This document shows, piece after piece, positions 12,327 to 20,988 of a DNA stretch of 64,000 nt (positions are counted from its first letter, which is position 1; each line of letters begins with the position of its first letter). Location of the stretch: positions 14,259-78,258 of the forward strand of contig NYZU01000003.1 in the NCBI GenBank assembly GCA_002686055.1. Direction: 5' to 3'. Source of the DNA: Oceanospirillaceae bacterium. GTDB taxonomy: Bacteria; Pseudomonadota; Gammaproteobacteria; Pseudomonadales; Balneatricaceae. The position numbers and the translations under genes were made by a program. The notes beneath the pieces are model-generated. The model was not told the origin of the DNA. It saw nothing but the letters and a program-made list of their open reading frames with translations, and did not search any database.

Positions 12327-13070
12327 ATGTCTATTAGGCGTTTATTTAGTTTCTTATGTTTATCTGCTTTAAGTATTAATAGCTGGGCAGATGACTACGC
12401 CGATTTACATGCTAGTGTGGCGCGTCTTAGCCCTGATCTACAGATTATGGCAGTGGCTGAAACCCCTATGACTGGTATATTAAAGGTCGTTATCAATACC
12501 GGTGAAACCATCTATATGAGCGCTGATGGTAACTATTTTTTGGCGGGTAATCTTTATCAAAATACCCCTGAGGAAGGTTTTTTAAATCTTACTGAAGTAG
12601 ATCAGCAACAATCACGTAAAGCCATTATGCAAAGTGCTATTGCCGAAAATGCATGGATCTTTGAGGCCAAGGGTGAGACCAAGGCTAGTATCACTGTATT
12701 CACTGATGTTGACTGCTATTACTGTCAGAAATTACATTCAGACATAGCGCAAATCAATGCCTTAGGTATCGAAGTTCGCTATTTGTCATTTCCCCGGGCG
12801 GGTATTGGCTCATCGTCATATCAAGTGATGGTTGATGCTTGGTGTGCTGAAGACCCCAATGATTTTCTAACTAAGGCTAAACAGCGAGCCCAAGATGGTA
12901 TGCCACCACTGGCATCACCAACTGCCTGTGAAAACCCAGTGGCTGATCATTTTGCTTTAAGCCAGACTTTAGCACTTACCGGAACACCTGCCATTATCAT
13001 AGAAACAGGTGAATTATGGCCTGGATATTTGCCAGCGGATGAATTGGCAAGACGTTTGGGTATAAATTAA
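12327..13070 (+). CDS. dsbC: Disulfide isomerase DsbC
   Basis: Signal peptide, VFTDVDCYYCQKLH (CxxC), FPRAG, GTPA; xerD-dsbC synteny. Confidence 0.92.
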   Translation: MSIRRLFSFLCLSALSINSWADDYADLHASVARLSPDLQIMAVAETPMTGILKVVINTGETIYMSADGNYFLAGNLYQNTPEEGFLNLTEVDQQQSRKAIMQSAIAENAWIFEAKGETKASITVFTDVDCYYCQKLHSDIAQINALGIEVRYLSFPRAGIGSSSYQVMVDAWCAEDPNDFLTKAKQRAQDGMPPLASPTACENPVADHFALSQTLALTGTPAIIIETGELWPGYLPADELARRLGIN

Positions 13071-13129
13071 GGCACGTTAATGGCGCGCCAATAATATTCA
13101 CAATAAATGCTCTCGAACTAACTGGCTGC

Positions 13130-13159
13130 CAGTAAATTATCACTATTGACAATTTACTG
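13130..13159. promoter_or_regulatory. 30-bp imperfect palindrome, candidate repressor operator
   Basis: CAGTAAATTATCACTATTGACAATTTACTG matches its reverse complement at 26 of 30 positions; overlaps the -35 box. Confidence 0.7.
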
Positions 13160-13173
13160 CTTTTATTTATAAT
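13146..13173 (+). promoter_or_regulatory. sigma70 promoter of the MMPL cassette
   Basis: Perfect TTGACA (13146-13151), 16-bp spacer, TATAAT (13168-13173). Confidence 0.8.
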
Positions 13174-13234
13174 CAGTTTTGACAACAAACCTCTAACGCC
13201 AAAGACTATGGTGAGGCCAAGCAAGGAGCGCCAA

Positions 13235-15838
13235 ATGAAGTCAGTATTAACCAGTATAAGCCACTTTTTTTCTCTGGTGCCTAATGCCCTGCGACCTTAC
13301 CGTTGGCCAATATTAATTAGCGCAACCATACTTAGTGTCTTTATGGCCATGGGCCTAAGCCGCTTTGCCATGGATGTGACCATGGATTCTTGGTTTCAGG
13401 AAGATGATCCCGTTTTACAATCATTAGATGAGTTTCGCAGTCAGTTTGGTAGTGACGATGGTCTCTATATCGTTTATGAAGCCAAAGATGGGGATGTATT
13501 TTCCGACCAATCATTGCGCCTGATTGATCAACTTACAGAACGCTTAGAAAACTGGCAGGACTTAGACCCTCAAACGATTACCAGTATGGGCCTTACCCAA
13601 GAGCAAATTGACCATCTCTCCCATATTAAACGGGTCCAGTCTTTAACCAATATTCGTATCCAGCAAAATACGGGTGACTCCCTCAGTTCGCCGCGCTTAG
13701 TCCAGCAGCTTAGTATGAGTGAAGCGGAACGAGAGGCGCTAAAAGCCCAAGCTATGGCACAAAATAACTTGCCACTATTTTTATTCTCCAAAGATTTTCG
13801 TTTTGGTGCCATTATGGTTACCACAGACTTTGGTGCCGTTCCCGTTGTCGATGACTTACAGGCAAGCTCTGATGATCTGTTGCTGGTCGACGATTTAGAT
13901 AGTTTTGCTGACGATTTTACTGCCGAGCTGGATTTAACGGCTGAAGTGACAGAAGTAAAGTTTCAAGATATGGATTCGTCTCTTTATCTGGGCTTTATGG
14001 AGCCTATAGTAGGCTTATATAGTACGCCTGAAATGCAAGGGCAGTTTAATTTCTATCCTATTGGTGGCGCGGCCATGGTTGATTTGGCTTGGGATACGAT
14101 GATCATGGCTGCAGTATTATCCATAGGCACAGTGCTCATTATTATTATCTTGCTGTGGCGCTTATTCCATTCTGTGAGTGCGGTACTATGGCCCCTTGTT
14201 GCTATTGGTCTGAGTGCCTTATATGTGGTGGGTGCTGTCTCATGGATGGGTATTGATACCAGTCAATTAATTAGTTTGACGGTAATGCTAATCGTCGCTG
14301 TTGGTGTGGCCGATTGTGTGCATGTTATGAGTAGTTATCAGTACTTTTTGCGCAAGGGGCATGGGCACCAAGAAGCCTTAACTGCTGCTTATGGCCAAAC
14401 AGGCCTACCCATTTTATTAACCACCATTACGACTATGGCGGGCATGTCAGCCCTCGCTGCTACAGGCATGACCCAGTTTGTTATCTTTGGCTTATCCTCT
14501 GCTGCGGGGGTACTAATGGCCTTTATTTATACCATGGTGTTACTGCCGGTGTTATTGGATTTATGGCATCCACGCATTAAGGTGAAAGCGGGTGAAGCTG
14601 ATGAGGATGCAGCCAAACGGCATTGGTTGCAGCCCATATTGGATCGTACTCCAGCCTTTGTGCAACGCCATCGACATTTGGTGAATGGGGTCTTTATTGG
14701 TACTTTTTTGCTGTGCTTATATGGTGCCACACAGGTCAAGATTGATTCTAATTTTGCTGAACTCTACCGTGAAGGCACTGACTTTAGGATGGCATATGAT
14801 GTGGTTGATGCCAATATGTCGGGTACTGGGGCGGTGGCCATTATGGTTGATATGGGCACTTCCGATGCCCTCAATGATCCACAAGTACTAAATACAATGG
14901 CGAATTTGCAGGCATATGTGGAACAAACCTACAGTGAGTTTGTGGTGACCAGTAATTCCTTAGCGGATGTGGTTAAAGAAACCCATGCCACCATGCAAGA
15001 TGGCAGCGATCGTTATCGAACTATACCTGACTCTGAAATTGCTGTAGCACAGCTGCTATATCTATTTAATAGCGCTAACCCTGAGGCGCGTCGGGCTTTA
15101 GTCAATGATGATTACTCTGCCAGTCATATCAACTTTACCCTACTGAATGCTGGTTCCAGTGAGTACTCAGAATTTTTTGCCTCCATACAGCAAGATATTA
15201 TTGCCGCTTTTGAACCTTTAAGGGATCAATATCCGGATATGGACGTTCATGCTACGGGCTCCTTAGCCATGATGATGCGGTTGATGGATGACCTTAGTCG
15301 TAGTCAATTTGAGAGTTTAACCTTGGCGGTGGTGATCATTTCTGCCTTGATGATATTGACCTTGGGTTCCATACAAGCGGGCCTATTGGCCATTATTCCT
15401 AACCTAATTCCGGCCACCTTAACCTTCGGTTTGATGGGTTTGCTGGCCATTCCCCTAGATGGGGATACCTTAATGATTGCGCCGCTAATTATTGGTATTG
15501 CAGTGGATGATACCATTCACTTTATTACCCATTACCGTATGGCATTGGCAAAATTTAATGATATGAAGTTAGCTTTGATCAACACTATTAAGGAAGTCGG
15601 TCAGGCAGTCACTTTTACTAGTTTGATTCTAGGTTGTGGCTTCTTTATGTTAAGTTTTAGTGATTATTTAGGTATTGCCAAAGTGGGCATGTTTGGCTCA
15701 TTGGCTATTTTTGTTGCCCTGCTGTGCGACTTGCTATTTTTCCCCGCTCTGATTATGTGGTTTAAACCTCGTTTTGGGCAGAAGAATGTGAAAGACAATT
15801 TAGATTTTAAAGGAGTCACCAATGTCATCAATGACTAG
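13235..15838 (+). CDS. MMPL/RND-superfamily inner-membrane transporter
   Basis: Two repeats of TM + periplasmic domain + 5 TMs; AVGVADCVH and GIAVDDTIHF motifs; AGGAG RBS before ATG 13235. Confidence 0.9.
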   Translation: MKSVLTSISHFFSLVPNALRPYRWPILISATILSVFMAMGLSRFAMDVTMDSWFQEDDPVLQSLDEFRSQFGSDDGLYIVYEAKDGDVFSDQSLRLIDQLTERLENWQDLDPQTITSMGLTQEQIDHLSHIKRVQSLTNIRIQQNTGDSLSSPRLVQQLSMSEAEREALKAQAMAQNNLPLFLFSKDFRFGAIMVTTDFGAVPVVDDLQASSDDLLLVDDLDSFADDFTAELDLTAEVTEVKFQDMDSSLYLGFMEPIVGLYSTPEMQGQFNFYPIGGAAMVDLAWDTMIMAAVLSIGTVLIIIILLWRLFHSVSAVLWPLVAIGLSALYVVGAVSWMGIDTSQLISLTVMLIVAVGVADCVHVMSSYQYFLRKGHGHQEALTAAYGQTGLPILLTTITTMAGMSALAATGMTQFVIFGLSSAAGVLMAFIYTMVLLPVLLDLWHPRIKVKAGEADEDAAKRHWLQPILDRTPAFVQRHRHLVNGVFIGTFLLCLYGATQVKIDSNFAELYREGTDFRMAYDVVDANMSGTGAVAIMVDMGTSDALNDPQVLNTMANLQAYVEQTYSEFVVTSNSLADVVKETHATMQDGSDRYRTIPDSEIAVAQLLYLFNSANPEARRALVNDDYSASHINFTLLNAGSSEYSEFFASIQQDIIAAFEPLRDQYPDMDVHATGSLAMMMRLMDDLSRSQFESLTLAVVIISALMILTLGSIQAGLLAIIPNLIPATLTFGLMGLLAIPLDGDTLMIAPLIIGIAVDDTIHFITHYRMALAKFNDMKLALINTIKEVGQAVTFTSLILGCGFFMLSFSDYLGIAKVGMFGSLAIFVALLCDLLFFPALIMWFKPRFGQKNVKDNLDFKGVTNVIND

Positions 15839-16733
15839 TCGATTATTGCCAGGATTGGCTGTTCTTTTTGCCGCTCTGCTGGCTACGGTAGGTGGGTGGA
15901 GCTCCGCACAGGCCGCTGATTTAAGTGCGCGGGATATAATGCAAAAGATGGATGATACCCGTCTAGCATCAAGTGAATCGTCTTTTAACCGCATGCAACT
16001 GACTACCTGTAAATATGGGGTTAAAAATGGCAAGTTAAAATGTGTGGAAAAGCCGCGCGTGAAGCTTTTAGAGTCGGCACAAATTAATTTGGGTGACAAC
16101 AATAAGGATACTAAATCCATTGCCATCGTTTTGCAGCCAGCCAGTGAAAAGGGTATTGGCATGTTATCTTGGACCTATGACGACAGTACTAGAGATAATG
16201 AAACTTGGTTATATCTTTCTGCCTTGGGTAAGGTCAAACGTATAGCCGCTGGTGCCGATGAAGATAGTGAACCAACGAGTCTGTTTGGCTCAGAAATCAC
16301 CACCGAAGACATGGAAACGGGTAAGCTCGATGATTATATCTATTCGATTGTCGATCAGGGTGAATATAAGGGCCGGCCTGTGTATGTGATTGAAGCCGTT
16401 GCTACCCCTGAGCGACAGCGCAAAACCCGTTATAGTAAATCCCAAACTTGGGTTGATGCGGAACGTTTCTTGGCGTTAAAAGTGCAGTTATATGATAAGC
16501 AGGGCAATCTGACTAAGCGCATGCAGGTTGGTAAGATAGAAAAAATTGATGGTATTTGGGTGACCCGAAGTTTAACCATGTTTAATTTAGTCGCTCAGCG
16601 CCTGACCAATATGAAATTGGATGGTATTACTTTTGGGGTGGATATCGATGAAGCTTTTTTGTCACAGCGAGCCTTAACCGATACCGCATTTCGTGAGGCA
16701 AATCTTAACCAATTGCGCGCACAGGCAAAGTAG
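15822..16733 (+). CDS. Periplasmic LolA-like ('outer membrane lipoprotein-sorting') protein
   Basis: Signal peptide; DNETWLYLSALGKVKRIA and LFGSEITTEDM match the LolA_like pattern (WLYLPALxxVKRI...FMGSEFxxEDL); overlaps the MMPL stop. Confidence 0.85.
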   Translation: MSSMTSRLLPGLAVLFAALLATVGGWSSAQAADLSARDIMQKMDDTRLASSESSFNRMQLTTCKYGVKNGKLKCVEKPRVKLLESAQINLGDNNKDTKSIAIVLQPASEKGIGMLSWTYDDSTRDNETWLYLSALGKVKRIAAGADEDSEPTSLFGSEITTEDMETGKLDDYIYSIVDQGEYKGRPVYVIEAVATPERQRKTRYSKSQTWVDAERFLALKVQLYDKQGNLTKRMQVGKIEKIDGIWVTRSLTMFNLVAQRLTNMKLDGITFGVDIDEAFLSQRALTDTAFREANLNQLRAQAK

Positions 16734-16736
16734 CAT

Positions 16737-17999
16737 ATGGGGATTCGAAGAAGTTTACTCTGCATGCTGGCATTGGGTTCGTGGGTAGGTTTATCCCTAC
16801 CTATACAAGCTGATGATCTCCTGTTAGATGATGAGTTTGATACGGAAGCGATTTTCGATGATAGTGAATTTAGTCTAGATAATACAGATTTACTATTACA
16901 AGAATCACCCTATCAATGGCAGCTCAAGCAAGGCCTTGTCCTTGATCCACAGGCCACACAAGACCCCACTAATAGTTATAGCAACTTACATCTAACAGCG
17001 GAAACCACCCTTGGGTTAAGTGGTTTTGCCAATATAGATTTAAAAGCCACACAGGATTGGCTAACAGGGCAGTGGGATACGGAAATATATAGTTCGGCTA
17101 TACAAATTAGTACCCAACAGGGGGCCTTTAAATTGGGCCGCTATATTAATAGTTGGGGAGAGGTAGAAGGGGCTGGTGTGTTGGATATTATTAATCCTGC
17201 CCCAGGTCTAACAGACCCAGATCGTGGCTTTAAACCCCAATGGTTAGTGGCTTATAACCATTATATGGGGCCTCGCGAATGGCAATTGCTGACTAATTTA
17301 GACCCAGATATTGCTCAGTTTCCAGATCTGAGCGCCACTAAACAAGCCAGTCGTGAATGGGGTCTGCGCTATAAAGTAGCCAATAGTGGTTCAGATTGGG
17401 CCGTCTATGCTGGTCAGTTTTTGCAAAATTCACCTACTCTTGGACTGGTTAATAGTCTGGAGCAGTTAACGGCGTTTGAATACGATTTACTGGGGTTTAG
17501 TTATAATCAAGCTAGGGGTGATAATCTTTTTAAGTTTGATCTGGCTTGGAAACAAGGGCTTGGCCAACAAGTCGGAAATGACCTAACTCAGGTTGAGCGC
17601 CTAGATATGGCCTTGGGTGCAGAGATTAAAGTGGGCGAACGGCAATGGCAGTGGAGCCTATCTGGCAACTATCTTCCCGAGCATACCCATGAGTTTAGTA
17701 GTGTCATTATTGACTCCCTTACCTTTGAGCTGAGTCTTTTACCTAGCAGTCAGTGGTCTTCCCAATATGGAATGGGTGTGAGTGATAGCTTTGCTAATGG
17801 TGAGTTCAATTGGAGCCTTAATTTAACTGGGGCCTTAAATGGCAGTATGACAGGCTTAATTTCTGAGCTGAAATGGGATTATAACGATAACCTAAATATC
17901 CTGTTTACTCTGGCGGGTATCACCGCTAATGCTGATTCTGAATTGGCTGCTATGGATGGACTGCAACGGGTTGGTGTCGAATTGGAATACCATTTTTAG
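16737..17999 (+). CDS. Putative outer-membrane beta-barrel protein (DUF1302-like)
   Basis: Signal peptide, acidic N-terminal tract, KLGRYINSWG...LDIINP motif, amphipathic strands, C-terminal VELEYHF (terminal Phe). Confidence 0.65.
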   Translation: MGIRRSLLCMLALGSWVGLSLPIQADDLLLDDEFDTEAIFDDSEFSLDNTDLLLQESPYQWQLKQGLVLDPQATQDPTNSYSNLHLTAETTLGLSGFANIDLKATQDWLTGQWDTEIYSSAIQISTQQGAFKLGRYINSWGEVEGAGVLDIINPAPGLTDPDRGFKPQWLVAYNHYMGPREWQLLTNLDPDIAQFPDLSATKQASREWGLRYKVANSGSDWAVYAGQFLQNSPTLGLVNSLEQLTAFEYDLLGFSYNQARGDNLFKFDLAWKQGLGQQVGNDLTQVERLDMALGAEIKVGERQWQWSLSGNYLPEHTHEFSSVIIDSLTFELSLLPSSQWSSQYGMGVSDSFANGEFNWSLNLTGALNGSMTGLISELKWDYNDNLNILFTLAGITANADSELAAMDGLQRVGVELEYHF

Positions 18000-18114
18000 C
18001 ATTCTAAAAGCTAAATTGAGCGTCACCTAGGCCACAATCATTAACCCTAAACAATATTGTTGGCGTGTGGTTAACATTATCAGCCAAGAAACACATCTAA
18101 AGTGTGCTCGAACA

Positions 18115-18143
18115 TTGCAGCCTGTGTGCCCTAAGGCTACAAT
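18115..18143 (+). promoter_or_regulatory. Putative sigma70 promoter for hom-thrC
   Basis: TTGCAG-17 bp-TACAAT. Confidence 0.45.
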
Positions 18144-18211
18144 ATCACCCTTTTTGGGCAGTCAATTTTGGCTGACCTTGTTTAGCCATTTAAGTGGGTA
18201 TGGGGTTCATT

Positions 18212-19513
18212 TTGAAACCGGTTAAAGTAGGTATTTGTGGAATGGGTACTGTCGGTGGCGGTACTTTTAATGTATTACAGCGTAATGCCAGTGAAATTAC
18301 TCGCCGCACGGGTCGCAATATTATCGTTGAGCAGGTTGCTCAGCGCCGTCCTAATGCTACCTGTGAGATGGGTAGCACCCAGATTACCGATGATATTTTT
18401 GCCGTAGCCAATAACCCCGATATTGATGTTGTGGTAGAGCTAATTGGTGGCTATGAGCCGGCCAAGGAATTGGTGTTAACAGCTATTCGTAATGGCAAGC
18501 ATGTGGTAACCGCCAATAAGGCTTTGATTGCTGTCCATGGTAACGAAATCTTTGCCGCTGCCCGTGAACATAATGTGGTGGTGGCCTATGAAGCAGCCAT
18601 TGCAGGCGGTATCCCCATTATTAAATCTCTGCGCGAAGGCTTGGCAGCCAATCAAATTAATTGGTTAGCAGGTATTATCAACGGCACTGGTAACTTTATT
18701 CTTACTGAAATGCGCGACAAAGGGCGTGACTTTGCTGATGTATTAGCAGAAGCTCAAGCTCTTGGTTATGCAGAAGCCGACCCTACTTTTGATGTGGAAG
18801 GTATTGATGCCGCCCATAAGCTTACGATCTTGTCATCCTTAGCCTTTGGCATTCCATTGCAGTTTGATGCCTGTTTTACCGAGGGTATTAGTCAGGTTTC
18901 CCAAGAAGATGTCGCCAATGCGGAAGCTTTAGGCTATCGCATTAAGCATTTGGGTATAAGTCGCCGTACTGATAATGGCATAGAGCTGCGCGTGCACCCA
19001 ACCTTGATTCCGGAAAAACGTCTCCTAGCCAATGTGCATGGGGTGATGAATGCGGTGCTAGTGGATGGTGATGCAGTGGGCCCAACTTTGTATTATGGTG
19101 CTGGTGCTGGTGCCGAACCAACAGCATCGGCTGTAGTTGCTGATATCGTTGATGTAGTGCGCGATATAGACCTAGAAAATGGCACCCGAGTGCCTTCCTT
19201 AGCCTTTGGCCAAGAAGATTTGTCAGATACTGCAATTTTGTCCATGGAGCAGGTTGAGACAGCCTACTATTTACGGATGATGGCCAATGAGAAACCAGGT
19301 GTTTTGGCTCAGGTAACCAAAATACTCGGCGAACGGGGCATTAGTATTGAAGCGATTGAGCAAAAAGGCCATGCGACTGAGCAAGTGCCAGTTGTTCTGC
19401 TTACCAACCGAGTTGTGGAAGGGCAGATGAATGCTGCCATTACTGCGATTGAAGCTTTGGATGATATTATTGGTCAGATTACTCGTATCCGGGTTGAAGA
19501 TTTAGACGGTTAA
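18212..19513 (+). CDS. hom: Homoserine dehydrogenase
   Basis: KPVKVGICGMGTVGGG, VVTANKAL, GIINGTGNFIL, GYAEADPTFDVEGIDAAHK, C-terminal ACT domain; TTG start at 18212. Confidence 0.97.
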   Translation: MKPVKVGICGMGTVGGGTFNVLQRNASEITRRTGRNIIVEQVAQRRPNATCEMGSTQITDDIFAVANNPDIDVVVELIGGYEPAKELVLTAIRNGKHVVTANKALIAVHGNEIFAAAREHNVVVAYEAAIAGGIPIIKSLREGLAANQINWLAGIINGTGNFILTEMRDKGRDFADVLAEAQALGYAEADPTFDVEGIDAAHKLTILSSLAFGIPLQFDACFTEGISQVSQEDVANAEALGYRIKHLGISRRTDNGIELRVHPTLIPEKRLLANVHGVMNAVLVDGDAVGPTLYYGAGAGAEPTASAVVADIVDVVRDIDLENGTRVPSLAFGQEDLSDTAILSMEQVETAYYLRMMANEKPGVLAQVTKILGERGISIEAIEQKGHATEQVPVVLLTNRVVEGQMNAAITAIEALDDIIGQITRIRVEDLDG

Positions 19514-19536
19514 GCAGGGCTAAAGAGAGAATATTC

Positions 19537-20928
19537 ATGCGTTATATCAGTACCCGTGGTCAGGCACCCAGTTTAGGTTTTGCCGATGTATTATTGACCG
19601 GCTTAGCCAGTGATGGTGGTCTTTATGTACCAGAAAGCCTGCCAGCATTTAGTCAGGACGAAATTCAGGCTATGGCTAGCATGTCCTATGCGGAATTAGC
19701 CCATAGAGTGATCTTACCCTTTGTGGAAGCTGATGTGACCAGTGCTGAACTAAAGGTAATGGTTGATGAAACCTATGCTGGTTTTAGTCATCATGCCGTA
19801 GCACCTTTGGTGCAGTTAGATCGTAATGAGTGGGTGTTGGAGTTATTCCATGGCCCCACCTTAGCTTTTAAAGATTTTGCCCTACAATTGCTTGGTCGGT
19901 TAATGGATCATGTGCTCAGCAAGCGCAATAAGAAGCTGGTGATTATGGGGGCAACCTCTGGTGATACAGGTTCTGCTGCCATTGAAGGTTGTCGTCATAG
20001 TGAGCATGTGCAGTTATTTATTCTGCATCCTCATGAGCGGGTGTCGGAGGTACAAAGACGCCAAATGACCACCCTGATTGGGGATAATATTCATAATATT
20101 GCTGTTACTGGTAACTTTGATGATTGCCAGCAAATGGTAAAACAGAGCTTTGCCGATCAGTCCTTTTTAGCAGGTGGTCAACTAGGGGCAGTTAACTCCA
20201 TCAACTGGGCCCGTATTATGGCGCAGATTGTGTATTACTTTTATGCAGCTGTGGCTGTGGGTGGCCCCCAACGTCCCGTTTCTTTTAGTGTACCAACGGG
20301 TAACTTTGGTGATATTTATGCTGGCTATCTGGCCCAGCAAATGGGCTTGCCGATTAAGCAGTTAGTTGTCGCCACCAATGCTAATGATATTTTGCATCGT
20401 TGTATCAGTGCCAATCATTATGTGAAAAATGACCTAGTGAAGACCCTATCGCCAAGTATGGATATTATGGTGTCGAGTAACTTTGAGCGCTTACTATTTG
20501 ATCTCTATGATCGAAATGGCGAAGAGTTGGCTGCGCTAATCGCTGACCTGAATAGCGGTAAGGCCGAGAGTTTAGCTACCACTCGATGGCAGCAAGCTCG
20601 CACTATATTTGCTAGTCATAAAGTCGACGATGATTTGACTTGTGAGGTCATTAAACAAGTAGCTGAAGAGCATAATTATTTGTTAGATCCCCATAGTGCT
20701 ATTGGGGTGGAAGCCGGCCGTGCATGTAATGAGCACCCTGAGGTGCCAATGATTACCTTAGCGACGGCGCATCCGGTTAAGTTCCCAGAGGCGGTTATTA
20801 AAGCGGGCCAAGATGGGCCGCAATTGCCACGTCATTTAAGTGATTTGTTAGAGCGTCCTGAGGATTATGCTGTGTTGCCAAATGATTTGGCAGCAGTACA
20901 AGACTATATTGCCAAACATAGCCACTGA
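19537..20928 (+). CDS. thrC: Threonine synthase
   Basis: MRYISTRG, LELFHGPTLAFKDFALQ (PLP Lys), ATSGDTGSAA, NSINWARI, ATAHPVKF. Confidence 0.97.
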   Translation: MRYISTRGQAPSLGFADVLLTGLASDGGLYVPESLPAFSQDEIQAMASMSYAELAHRVILPFVEADVTSAELKVMVDETYAGFSHHAVAPLVQLDRNEWVLELFHGPTLAFKDFALQLLGRLMDHVLSKRNKKLVIMGATSGDTGSAAIEGCRHSEHVQLFILHPHERVSEVQRRQMTTLIGDNIHNIAVTGNFDDCQQMVKQSFADQSFLAGGQLGAVNSINWARIMAQIVYYFYAAVAVGGPQRPVSFSVPTGNFGDIYAGYLAQQMGLPIKQLVVATNANDILHRCISANHYVKNDLVKTLSPSMDIMVSSNFERLLFDLYDRNGEELAALIADLNSGKAESLATTRWQQARTIFASHKVDDDLTCEVIKQVAEEHNYLLDPHSAIGVEAGRACNEHPEVPMITLATAHPVKFPEAVIKAGQDGPQLPRHLSDLLERPEDYAVLPNDLAAVQDYIAKHSH

Positions 20929-20988
20929 TCCTGCAAACCTCCGTTAGACAGGCATAGTGCTGGTTGTTTGGTCACAGAGGTTGGTGGA

